The translations under genes were made by a program, and so were the position numbers. From a virus (lineage: Duplodnaviria; Caudoviricetes): DNA of 58,038 bases. Below are positions 38,689-47,452 of this stretch, in pieces (positions within the stretch are counted from its first letter, which is position 1; the number at the start of each line of letters is the position of its first letter). Under the pieces are notes generated by a model. That model had not been told where the DNA came from. It saw only the letters and a list, made by a program, of their open reading frames with translations, and searched no databases. The stretch covers positions 1 through 58,038 of the IMG/VR virus record IMGVR_UViG_3300048838_001102. One strand, written 5' to 3'.

Positions 38689-38958
38689 ATGATAGAGAAA
38701 AAGGAGCTACAAGACCTGATCGATCAAAACGCTAAATTTAAAAACGCCTACTTTTGGACCCCGCCGGCAAACGCTTCCGGCCGCCGCTCTTATGAGCAAT
38801 ATAACAGCCGACACCTGCTCGGCGCCTATAATGGCCATGATATCGATTGCAGTCTGGATATCTCATGCTCATGCAAAAATATTTATGTCAGCCGAAAATT
38901 TGAAATCGACGGCCGCCGGGTTACGATTGCCGCCGTAAAAAAACTGATTAACTCATAA
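38689..38958 (+). CDS. Early hypothetical protein whose 3' end forms part of the 123-bp repeat
   Basis: AAGGAG RBS, 89 aa. Confidence 0.75.
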   Translation: MIEKKELQDLIDQNAKFKNAYFWTPPANASGRRSYEQYNSRHLLGAYNGHDIDCSLDISCSCKNIYVSRKFEIDGRRVTIAAVKKLINS

Positions 38959-39035
38959 TAGCACGAAAAAAAGATTGACAAGCACATTTTACCGGCATAA
39001 AGTAAAATCAATACGCTGGAAAAACCACAAACGCC
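38913..39035 (+). repeat. 123-bp exact direct repeat, copy 2
   Basis: Identical to 35849..35971. Confidence 0.95.
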
Positions 39036-39082
39036 CCCGCTTCGAACGGGGGCAAAACGCCGAAACTTTTAAGGGGGGTATC

Positions 39083-39472
39083 ATGAATCAGATTGACCGT
39101 GGAAACGCCGCTCACCACTTCGAACTTATCGTTTGCACGCCTTTTAGCGCCCGGATTTCCAGAGGGGCTTGCGCGCTTAACCTTAAAACCGCCCTGCGTT
39201 GCGCCGAAAAAATCAATTTCTGGCACCCTGCCAGCTCGTCCTGGCGGTTTTGTGTCCCAGGTATGGATGACATAGCCTTATCCCGCTTTTGCGCGTGCTC
39301 ACAATGCTCTAATCCAACCGCTGAACAACGCAAAGCTCTTTCGGCCGCCCGAACCGCTTTATTTTCCATGTGCCGATCTGGTTTTGCCACTGCGGAACAA
39401 ATTCTTTCAGACGATGGCACTGATCTGTTTGATGGCCATAGTTGCAATGACCGAAAGTGTGTGACACTCTAA
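39083..39472 (+). CDS. Cys-rich hypothetical protein
   Basis: AAGGGGGG RBS before ATG 39083. Confidence 0.6.
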   Translation: MNQIDRGNAAHHFELIVCTPFSARISRGACALNLKTALRCAEKINFWHPASSSWRFCVPGMDDIALSRFCACSQCSNPTAEQRKALSAARTALFSMCRSGFATAEQILSDDGTDLFDGHSCNDRKCVTL

Positions 39473-39491
39473 ACTCTAAACTCTAAACTTT

Positions 39492-39534
39492 AAGCCGACA
39501 CAAACTTTAGTTCCAGGTTTGTGTCGGCTTTTTT
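39492..39534 (+). terminator. Intrinsic terminator ending the early array
   Basis: AAGCCGACACAAAC / GTTTGTGTCGGCTT stem followed by a T-run. Confidence 0.85.
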
Positions 39535-39614
39535 ATTTCCATGTGGTTTATCGTACTACGTGAAAAAAAAACTTAGCCACTGCTTTTTTTCATTTTTCGG
39601 CCCGGGTCCGGGGG

Positions 39615-40045
39615 ACGGGTGACGGTGTGACGGGGTGCCGTCAAGGCACCCGTTCACCCGTTCACGACCCCTTAAGGCTTGAACGGCTGAACGGATTTTC
39701 TTGAACGGATTTCGTACTATGTGATTTTTTATCCAATAACCACCGGCACTTACAGCTAAACTTTAGCTAAACTCCTGGCTTTCCGACGGGCCTTGAACGG
39801 GTGGTGAACGTGTCGAATTTAGCCCAAAAACGGGCTAAAACGCGTTATATTTTCTTGGCGAGTCCTTAACTATTGAGTAATTTCCGGCACTTACACGTGA
39901 ACAATTTTTGAATGAGTCAAAATAAATTTTGAACGGATTCGTGAACGGGGTTCGTGCTATGCTGATTTTACACTTCTAATAATTTCGGGTAGTTACGGTG
40001 AACGACTTTTTGAACGGATTTTGAACGGGGTTCGTACTATATGAA
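39615..40045. repeat. Iteron-rich candidate replication origin
   Basis: Ten TGAACG on +, two inverted CCGTTCA, three TTCGTRCTAT, two CCGGCACTTACA; adjacent to primase-helicase. Confidence 0.75.
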
Positions 40046-40147
40046 ACGCCCGTTTTTACCCTATTTTTCGTATACAAAACGCTAAAAACGCCGTTAGCCC
40101 GTTCCCGTAAGTTAGCCAGTTCAAGTTACGAATTTAGAATTTCGGAC

Positions 40148-40184
40148 AAAAAAACCCTCTTTAGAATTTATCTAAAGAGGGTTT
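40148..40184 (-). terminator. Intrinsic terminator of the primase-helicase gene
   Basis: 14-bp perfect stem AAACCCTCTTTAGA/TCTAAAGAGGGTTT with minus-strand U-run. Confidence 0.85.
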
Positions 40185-40209
40185 CCCGCTTAAACTTTAA
40201 GCTTTAACG

Positions 40210-42237
40210 CTAAGTTTCCGGCGCTACTTTTTTATCAGGGTGAAAAAATACCCGGTCATCGATCATCTCATAGGTGCCTTCCGGCCGTACAAGGGGCACC
40301 CCCAGAAACTCTCTGATGCGCCGTCGAACCGTTGAAACGCTGCCCTCGTCAAGTAGCTCATCGGCGAATGCCCTCCTGGCGATCTGGTACGCACTGATGC
40401 CTTTGCCTTTTCGCGACTCCCGGCAATGCGACACAATGCGCGCCACCACCTGGCCCAGATACTCATCGCCGGTTTCCTTCCTTACTTTGGACAGATCCGC
40501 CATCACCAGCACCGGGGTTGTTTCGGTATGGTCGAAAAACAGCTTTTCCGACATCTTTTGATACCACACGGTGTCCTCGCCCGGCGGGGCGTATGACTGC
40601 TTGGCTTTGTCGAGCCGAACGTACCAATCGGCCTTGCCGGCCGCCAGGCCGTACTTTGGCGCATCGGTCGGCGCCATCGGATACAGGGTGTGATACACCC
40701 GGGCAACACCCGCAAAAGCGGATCCACCCCGGCCTTTGTCCATGTTGCCGGGGTCGGCTTTGCCCTTGCTGGTGTGATGGATCACCCCGACGCAGCACTC
40801 GGTCTGCCGCGCGATCTCACGCAGCGCAACGCCGACTATTTTAATGGCGTCGTTGTCGTTTTCCGCTACCGTGTGGATCTCAGCCAGCGGGTCCACAATA
40901 AACAGGCCGATTTTACCTTTAATGATGGTGTTTTTGACGAACTCGATCGCGTTGGCATTGATGGCCGGGCGCCCGCGGGTGTCGGCCGTAACGATTTTCA
41001 GATCCAGTTTGTCGCCGGTGGTGTAGACCAATCCCCGTAGATCCTCGGTTGACAGGTTAAAACGCTTTTTGATGGCGTAAACCCGTTTTGCGATTGTGTT
41101 GTAGGTTTCCTCGGCCGAGTGATACCATACGTTGGTTTTACGGGACACAACACCGTGGCAGATGTCTTTTTTGCCGGTTGCGATGGCAACGGCTTCGAGC
41201 AGTGACATCAAACTTTTGCCGACTCCCGGCGGCGCGGCTGTTGCGGTAACCTGGCCGGTCAGGTAGCGGTACTTTAGCAGCCAGTTGTCCGGGGTAAGGC
41301 CCGATAGGGTGATGGCGCTTGCTCGGGCGAAAATCGATTCTCCGGGCCTTTGGGTGATGTCTGTTTCTTCCGGGGTGGCGCCGGTGGGGAACATCTCGGC
41401 AACGGTGGGTTGGCGGCTGATACCGAGGGCGGCCGTGAACTCGTCTTGCGCGCGATCGGCACAGTGGGCGTGCAGGCAATGGAAATTACCGGTGGTGTAG
41501 CCGTGCGTGTGCGGGATAAAATAAACCGCGTCAGCGTCACCGTCGCCGGTGGTGTGCTCGTCGGCAAACGGGCAGGTGATGCCGATCTTGCCGTTGCCAA
41601 AGTTGCGCCGGACCATGCCGTGCTTGACCAGGGCCTGGTAGATCGGGTCGTCATTTTCGGCTTGGCGGATGGCGGTTTGGCGGGTTGATTTGGGCGGCCC
41701 GGCCAATACGGCCAGGTGGGCTTTGACATGATCGGGCAACGGGGTGATCTTGTCACCGTTTAATTTGTTGCCGGTCAGGGTTAAAAATCCTTTGGTGCAA
41801 AAAACTTCCACACCGGGGGTCCGCCGGTTCTCGTAAAACCCCTCATAGAACGCACGTAGGCCGTTTCCGGATGGGGATATTTCGGCGTAGGTGCCAGCGA
41901 TCAGATCACGCCGGGGGTCCAGCGCGTCCGGGCCTGCGGCGTCTGCGCCGATGTCGTCTAAATCGATGCCGACCAAGCCCAGCTCCGGGGTCATGGCAAT
42001 GCCGATGCCATCGTAATCGAACATATCGGCGGTGTTTACCGCATCCTCGAATGACGATAGGGATGATATGTCCTCGGGGCTGCCGTGTTCGCCGCGGCGG
42101 ACCTGGCCGTTGGTGTAAAACGGGATTTTTCTGGGCTTTTTTGATGGGTTAGACGGATCCGGAACATATTTCCAGACCAGGAAATTTTTGTGCCGTTTGA
42201 GCGCGGCGGGGATGTTGCGGACATCGCCGGTACTCAT
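40210..42237 (-). CDS. Primase-polymerase (AEP, NrS-1-like) fused to Zn module and RepA/AAA_25 helicase
   Basis: GIDLDD, YAEISPSGNGLR; CPF..EH..CLHAHC; APPGVGKS, IVDP, IHH..K, RGGSA; C-terminal HTH-like region. Confidence 0.9.
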   Translation of the reverse strand: MSTGDVRNIPAALKRHKNFLVWKYVPDPSNPSKKPRKIPFYTNGQVRRGEHGSPEDISSLSSFEDAVNTADMFDYDGIGIAMTPELGLVGIDLDDIGADAAGPDALDPRRDLIAGTYAEISPSGNGLRAFYEGFYENRRTPGVEVFCTKGFLTLTGNKLNGDKITPLPDHVKAHLAVLAGPPKSTRQTAIRQAENDDPIYQALVKHGMVRRNFGNGKIGITCPFADEHTTGDGDADAVYFIPHTHGYTTGNFHCLHAHCADRAQDEFTAALGISRQPTVAEMFPTGATPEETDITQRPGESIFARASAITLSGLTPDNWLLKYRYLTGQVTATAAPPGVGKSLMSLLEAVAIATGKKDICHGVVSRKTNVWYHSAEETYNTIAKRVYAIKKRFNLSTEDLRGLVYTTGDKLDLKIVTADTRGRPAINANAIEFVKNTIIKGKIGLFIVDPLAEIHTVAENDNDAIKIVGVALREIARQTECCVGVIHHTSKGKADPGNMDKGRGGSAFAGVARVYHTLYPMAPTDAPKYGLAAGKADWYVRLDKAKQSYAPPGEDTVWYQKMSEKLFFDHTETTPVLVMADLSKVRKETGDEYLGQVVARIVSHCRESRKGKGISAYQIARRAFADELLDEGSVSTVRRRIREFLGVPLVRPEGTYEMIDDRVFFHPDKKVAPET

Positions 42238-42316
42238 GGCGCCACCACATATATTGGCATGGGGGTATCCTCCTTTACCCGGTTAAAGAGAGCGGAAAAA
42301 TAGACCGACAGTTTAC

Positions 42317-42346
42317 AGCATACAGTTCGAGGGGTTGGCAAGTCAA
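42317..42346 (-). promoter_or_regulatory. Promoter of the primase-helicase gene
   Basis: TTGACT-18-TATGCT. Confidence 0.6.
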
Positions 42347-42437
42347 TAAAAAGAAACCCCGTAGTGTGATAAGGAGGTGGTATCACACTACGGGGCCACG
42401 CCAAAAGAAAGGAGAGTGTGGTGGATAGGCCGCGCTC
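42347..42437 (-). ncRNA. Predicted ~90-nt small RNA with anti-Shine-Dalgarno motifs
   Basis: Own promoter (42473..42444); 15-bp perfect hairpin with loop CCACCUCCU followed by U-run; second motif CUCUCCUUUC. Confidence 0.5.
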
Positions 42438-42509
42438 ACCAACAACCTACTGTACCGGGGTGGGGTGTGTCAAGCATAAAAAACAATTTCGCTATTGCGC
42501 GATTTTAGG

Positions 42510-42539
42510 TTGACAAGGATTGTTTGTAGACAGTAGGGT
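42510..42539 (+). promoter_or_regulatory. Promoter of the replication operon
   Basis: TTGACA-N14-ACAG-TAGGGT. Confidence 0.6.
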
Positions 42540-42596
42540 GGGGTCGTGGAGTTAAGGCAAGGCGGAATGAAACTTTTTAAGGAAAAGGGAGGTCGT

Positions 42597-42827
42597 ATGA
42601 CGAAACTTTGCAAGGACTGCGCGCATTACCGAGGCGACGATAAAGACGGATACGGGCTTAAAACGTGTTTGAATGAAAAAGTAAACGCGTATCACAGCTA
42701 TTTCCTGGTGGATGCAAACCCGAAGTACGCCGTGGAATGCACCGACGCGAGGGGCGGTGGCTTTTTCGCGCGGTTTTACAAAGCGTGCGGCCCGAGCGGA
42801 AAACTTTTTAAGGAAAAGGAGACGTAG
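42597..42827 (+). CDS. Small Cys-rich protein
   Basis: GGGAGG RBS; CKDCAHY..C..C..CGPSGKLF. Confidence 0.75.
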   Translation: MTKLCKDCAHYRGDDKDGYGLKTCLNEKVNAYHSYFLVDANPKYAVECTDARGGGFFARFYKACGPSGKLFKEKET

Positions 42828-42830
42828 GTA

Positions 42831-42983
42831 ATGGTTTTCACCGCGGCGGAGTTTTTCGGTTTTGCGGCGTTGTGCCTTTTCGTGGGCGCTGGGGTCGGGT
42901 TGTTCGCTGGCGGGTTGTGCGCGGCGGCCAGGTGCAACGATTGCGTGTTTTTCAAAAAGGAAATGGAGGATGAAGATGTATAA
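42831..42983 (+). CDS. 50-aa membrane protein
   Basis: Hand translation MVFTAAEFFGFAALCLFVGAGVGLFAGGLCAAAR... Confidence 0.6.
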   Translation: MVFTAAEFFGFAALCLFVGAGVGLFAGGLCAAARCNDCVFFKKEMEDEDV

Positions 42984-43266
42984 ACGGCCGAGCAGGATGC
43001 AAAATTACGCCAGGCTTGACCGCATATGGGCGCCGTTTCGCTACTACGAAGACAAGATCGCGGTGGCGCGCAAACATGGTTTTTTGTCATGGTATGAATT
43101 TATTGTGGAAGCATATGCCCAACTGCAATCCTGTTATAAAATCGCGGCTATCACCGGCATGAGCGTTGCCGGAATACGGGAGACAGTGCGAAAATTCGGC
43201 ATCGAAACAGCCGGCGCCGGAACGGGGTGGTACGATCGGTGCGGAAAGAAAAGGAGAAGGGTATGA
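42970..43266 (+). CDS. Small HTH DNA-binding protein
   Basis: SCYKIAAITGMSVAGIRETVRKFGI. Confidence 0.6.
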   Translation: MKMYKRPSRMQNYARLDRIWAPFRYYEDKIAVARKHGFLSWYEFIVEAYAQLQSCYKIAAITGMSVAGIRETVRKFGIETAGAGTGWYDRCGKKRRRV

Positions 43267-43748
43267 ATGGTATGGGTTCACACCAATCCGCCAGAATGGT
43301 AAATGATGAGTGGCTAACACCTCTTGAAATAATAAACGCCTGCGGAGAATTTGATCTCGATCCTTGCTCCCCGATTAAACGACCGTGGGATACAGCTAAA
43401 CACCACTATTGTATCAACGACGACGGTTTGAGACAGCTATGGTTCGGTAGAGTATGGTGTAATCCACCATACGGTAAATACACCGCACAGTGGATAGAAA
43501 AGTTAAGCGTTCACGGTAACGGTATTGCACTGATATTTGCCAGGACGGAAACGGAAATGTTTTTTAAATATGTTTGGGAAAAAGCGTCATCAATACTTTT
43601 TATAAAAGGCAGGCTGTATTTTTATTCGGTTGAAGGAGTAAAAGCCGCGGCTAATAGCGGCGCCCCATCGTGTCTTGTAGCGTATGGCGATGATAACACC
43701 GCGGCTTTAGACTATTCCGGGATATCGGGCAAACTCATATGTCTTTAA
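43263..43748 (+). CDS. Phage DNA N6-adenine methyltransferase
   Basis: DEWLTP, FDLDPC, WCNPPY, ARTET, GRL motifs. Confidence 0.9.
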   Translation: MNGMGSHQSARMVNDEWLTPLEIINACGEFDLDPCSPIKRPWDTAKHHYCINDDGLRQLWFGRVWCNPPYGKYTAQWIEKLSVHGNGIALIFARTETEMFFKYVWEKASSILFIKGRLYFYSVEGVKAAANSGAPSCLVAYGDDNTAALDYSGISGKLICL

Positions 43749-45277
43749 ATCTCACCTACTCGCCCAAACATAAGCTGTTCGTATGGAAAGATACCGACGC
43801 CCAGCTTGCCGGGAAATACAATTTTGACTACTCCCCGGCGGCGGGAAAGTACTATACCGGCTCACCGTACATCGCCGCGTTATTACATAAACACGCCGAC
43901 GATGCGGCAAGGAGTCAGCTAAAGCCCATCCTTGAAAACCTTGCCACATCGTCGGCAAAGCACCCAACGGTAGGCGGGTATGACGACCGGATGTTTGACT
44001 ATCAACAAGCCGGCGTTGAAAACCTGATTGATCAGTATCGAAAACGAAAATCGTTAATGCTGGCTGATCAACCAGGGCTTGGTAAAAGCTGCCAATCGTT
44101 GATAACCGCAAAACACCTGGGCGCAAAACGTTTGCTGGTTATCTGTCCTGGGTCGCTGCGGTACAACTGGCAAAACGAGTGCCGGCTATGGTATCCGCAG
44201 ATGCAAACACAACCGGTGTTCGACGGCAAGACCGCGATCGACGCGAAAGCTACCACCATCATCTCCTACGGGCTTTTAAATCGGGTTTTAAATGAGCGTT
44301 ACGATATGATGGTGGTAGATGAATGCCACTATATCAAATCAATTGCGGCGATGCGGACTAAGTTGATCCTTGGGGAATTGAATAAGGGCTGGCGCGGGTT
44401 AATCGCTAACTGCGAATACAAGCTGTTCATGAGCGGCACACCTTTGCCGAACGGAAAGCCGAATGAAGTATGGCCTATTCTGTTTCGTACCGCGCCGGAC
44501 GTGATATCGAATTTAAAATACATGCCCTTTGTCAGAACGTATTGTGAGATGTTTGAGGACGGTTTTGGCGGCATAGTTGTTAAAGGCGCCAAACGTCAGG
44601 ACGAATTGTACATGCGGCTGCGCGGGTCCGGGTTTATGACACGGCGGTTAAAAAAAGATGTGTTGACACAGCTTCCAGCTAAACTGTATAAGTTAATCAC
44701 CTTTCCGCCTGATAAAAAAACAAAAGAAATTTTAGAACAAGAGGCTCAGTTCAGTGTTGACCAGATTATTAAACACGGGATGCCGGTCGGATCGCCGCTG
44801 CCTGAGATCAGACGACAAATGGGGATTGCCAAAGTGGATGTGTGCGTAGATTATATAGATGAGCTGCTGACCGGCGGAGTAGACAAAGCGGTGATATTCG
44901 CGCATCACATCGATGTCGTCGCCGGACTTGCGGCATGCCTGGGGCAATACCATCCCAAGATTATAACCGGCCAAACTAAACCGGCCGATCGGCAGGCGCG
45001 GGTAGACGCCTTCCAAACCGATCCTGATGTTCGGCTGATCATCGGAAATTCCGCGATGAAAGAAGGGCTTAATCTTACAGCGGCGTCAGATGTGGTTCTG
45101 GTCGAGCCAAGCTGGGTTCCCGGCGATAATGACCAGATGGTGGACCGGCTGCATCGCATCGGTCAGAAGTATCAGGTGGTGGTTCACAACTTGGTGGTGC
45201 AGGGCTCGCTGGATGCAAAGATTTTAGCGTCCAGTGCCGATAAAGCGGTGAACAATAAGCGAATAGTTGGGGAGTAA
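43739..45277 (+). CDS. SNF2-family (SMARCAL1-like) helicase
   Basis: DQPGLGKS, DECH, SGTP, RRLK, EGLNL, DRLHRIGQ. Confidence 0.93.
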   Translation: MSLNLTYSPKHKLFVWKDTDAQLAGKYNFDYSPAAGKYYTGSPYIAALLHKHADDAARSQLKPILENLATSSAKHPTVGGYDDRMFDYQQAGVENLIDQYRKRKSLMLADQPGLGKSCQSLITAKHLGAKRLLVICPGSLRYNWQNECRLWYPQMQTQPVFDGKTAIDAKATTIISYGLLNRVLNERYDMMVVDECHYIKSIAAMRTKLILGELNKGWRGLIANCEYKLFMSGTPLPNGKPNEVWPILFRTAPDVISNLKYMPFVRTYCEMFEDGFGGIVVKGAKRQDELYMRLRGSGFMTRRLKKDVLTQLPAKLYKLITFPPDKKTKEILEQEAQFSVDQIIKHGMPVGSPLPEIRRQMGIAKVDVCVDYIDELLTGGVDKAVIFAHHIDVVAGLAACLGQYHPKIITGQTKPADRQARVDAFQTDPDVRLIIGNSAMKEGLNLTAASDVVLVEPSWVPGDNDQMVDRLHRIGQKYQVVVHNLVVQGSLDAKILASSADKAVNNKRIVGE

Positions 45278-45299
45278 AATAAAAAAAAGGGGGTACGTC

Positions 45300-46247
45300 A
45301 TGGGGGAGGACATTTCAAAAATAGGATTCTACACGTTGTCGGATGATAGGGCAAAAACCGCGTCTGAAACATCGGCGTTGTCGCGGTGCGAATTGATACT
45401 TACGGGGCGGTGTAATTTTAAATGTCCGTATTGCCGCGGAGTTGGTGGGTTTGATATACCCGGGGGTCAGGCAAAACGCATTGTGGATATGTGGGCGGAT
45501 AACGGGTTACAGGCTATTAGATTTTCAGGTGGTGAACCAACGCTATACGGTGGGTTGAACGAACTGGTTGAAATGGCAAGAATGCGGAAAGTGGAGAGAA
45601 TAGCATTATCTACGAACGGTTCAGCAAACGCAGATAAGTATATGAGTTTGATAGACTCCGGTGTAAATGATTTTTCTATTTCGCTTGACGCATGTTGCGC
45701 GGAAGACGGGGATTTCATGGCTGGCGGAAGACCAGGGTCTTTCGAGGTGGTAGTAAAAAACATTGAACTGTTATCTAAAATCTCCTATGTAACGGTAGGT
45801 GTGGTACTTACTAACGAAAATGTTAAAAAAACTGAAAATATAATCGAATTTGCGCATTCTTTAGGGGTATCGGATATACGGGTTATTCCCGCCGCGCAAA
45901 ATGGGCAGAAACTCTCCCCATTTCAGGTGCCGGCCGCATTTTTAGATAAATACCCCATACTGGCTTACCGGGAACGAAACTTACGTGTGGGAAGACAAGT
46001 ACGAGGAAATCCGACGAAGAAATGTGGTTTGGTACTTGACGATATGGCGGTGATGGGGGATAAGCATTATCCCTGCATAATTTATATGCGAGAAGGAGGC
46101 CAGCCTATCGGGGAGATCTCTCGCGGGATGAGAGTAGAGAGAAAAAAATGGTACGAAACACACGATTGCACATCTGACCCTATATGCTCAAGGAACTGTC
46201 TCGATGTGTGTGTGGATTATAATACCCGATATTCTGACTTTCATTAA
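45300..46247 (+). CDS. Radical SAM protein
   Basis: CNFKCPYC, FSGGEP, STNG, ISLD; C-terminal Cys cluster. Confidence 0.9.
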   Translation: MGEDISKIGFYTLSDDRAKTASETSALSRCELILTGRCNFKCPYCRGVGGFDIPGGQAKRIVDMWADNGLQAIRFSGGEPTLYGGLNELVEMARMRKVERIALSTNGSANADKYMSLIDSGVNDFSISLDACCAEDGDFMAGGRPGSFEVVVKNIELLSKISYVTVGVVLTNENVKKTENIIEFAHSLGVSDIRVIPAAQNGQKLSPFQVPAAFLDKYPILAYRERNLRVGRQVRGNPTKKCGLVLDDMAVMGDKHYPCIIYMREGGQPIGEISRGMRVERKKWYETHDCTSDPICSRNCLDVCVDYNTRYSDFH

Positions 46248-46487
46248 AGGAGTAAAATAAAATGGCCGACAGCCAACAAATTTTAGGGAGATAAAAAGAT
46301 GCCGGACAGTAATAATGATAAGGTACTGGCAAGTGAGGTAAGAAAAGCAGCAGAGGAACTAAACAGCGCCGTAGAGCGCGCAAGAAAGGAGGGGTTGTCT
46401 GTAGACTACAATCATCATAGCCCGTATGTCGATCTGGTTTTAAATTATTTTTATATTTACCGCACTTATTAAAGGAGGATAAAAATC

Positions 46488-47150
46488 ATGATTTTGGAAC
46501 AGATTAATCATTCGCTGGCAAGCATCGCTGCATCACTGGAAAAACTGGCGGCCAGGATGGGCTCGGTTGCAAACGATAATTTTAAAGAATCGCCAGTTGG
46601 TCAGGTAATCGGGCAGACCTCGCCCCCGCCGACTGTCACAGAGCCAAATGCGAAACGCGGCGCCCCTACGCCGGCGGCCTCGCCTGATTTTTCCATAGGC
46701 GCCGCACAGCTCGGGGGAATTTTCACTAACGGTGACTACATGAATTTGACGCGGGAAAAGCTTCTTGAGCTGTGTCAGGAGCGCGGCATCACCGTGCCGG
46801 ATCGCACCCGCACGGCCACCCTGGTAAAAATGCTTGAAGAAGCAACCGGGGCTGTAAAGGAAACCACGGCTGATCCCATGCCAGAACCGGACCCGCTGGA
46901 TGAACCAACGCTCGAACCGGACCCGCTGGCGGATGCCCCCGCGGAATCAGATCCGTTGGCGGACACCCCCGTGGAAAAGCCCGTCACCAAGGAAGAAGTT
47001 ATCGCTGTGATGCAACGGCTTCAAAAGGCAAAAGGCAACGATGCGGTGCGTAACGTGCTGATAGCCGCCGGCGGCGGAGCGGCTTTGCTGCGGGACGTTC
47101 GGGAAGCCGACTACGGCAAAGTCAAGGCGGCCGCTGAAAAAATGATGTAG
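46488..47150 (+). CDS. Hypothetical protein of APSE-like replication modules
   Basis: AAGGAGG RBS; acidic Pro-rich linker with EPDPL repeats, helical C-terminal domain. Confidence 0.75.
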   Translation: MILEQINHSLASIAASLEKLAARMGSVANDNFKESPVGQVIGQTSPPPTVTEPNAKRGAPTPAASPDFSIGAAQLGGIFTNGDYMNLTREKLLELCQERGITVPDRTRTATLVKMLEEATGAVKETTADPMPEPDPLDEPTLEPDPLADAPAESDPLADTPVEKPVTKEEVIAVMQRLQKAKGNDAVRNVLIAAGGGAALLRDVREADYGKVKAAAEKMM

Positions 47151-47162
47151 ACCATAGTTTGC

Positions 47163-47380
47163 GCGGGTGTGGCGGAATTGGTAGACGCAGAATTGGGCAA
47201 ACAGGGCTGTGTACGGGCGTATCACGCGACCACGTGGATTAGGGGCAGCTCTCTCTGAGATCGGGAAAATGTCAATGCCGGTAAGATTTGCAACCGGACA
47301 GCTATAAACGCCTAAGCTGATGGACGCGCCGCAATCACAGTGGGCAAGATCTCGTGCAGGTTCGAGTCCTGCCACCCGGA
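47163..47380 (+). ncRNA. tRNA-Leu-like frame with 166-nt region replacing anticodon/variable arms
   Basis: GCGGGTG-TG-GCGGAATTGGTAGACGC-A ... GCAGG-TTCGAGT-CCTGC-CACCCGG-A. Confidence 0.8.
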
Positions 47381-47452
47381 CGCACAATTGGCTAAAAGGA
47401 TTTATGACAGTTTGTATACGTACGACTGTTTAAAGTAAAAGGAGAGGATTAT

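Noticed and set aside
39467-39489. CTCTAAA x3 microsatellite as phase-variation site
   Set aside because: Lies at a stop codon just before a terminator, so length change would have little effect
47190-47355. Group I intron or tmRNA body
   Set aside because: No recognisable P7 (R/S) core, shorter than typical tRNA-Leu introns, and ends are Leu-type rather than Ala-type; not excluded without an Infernal run
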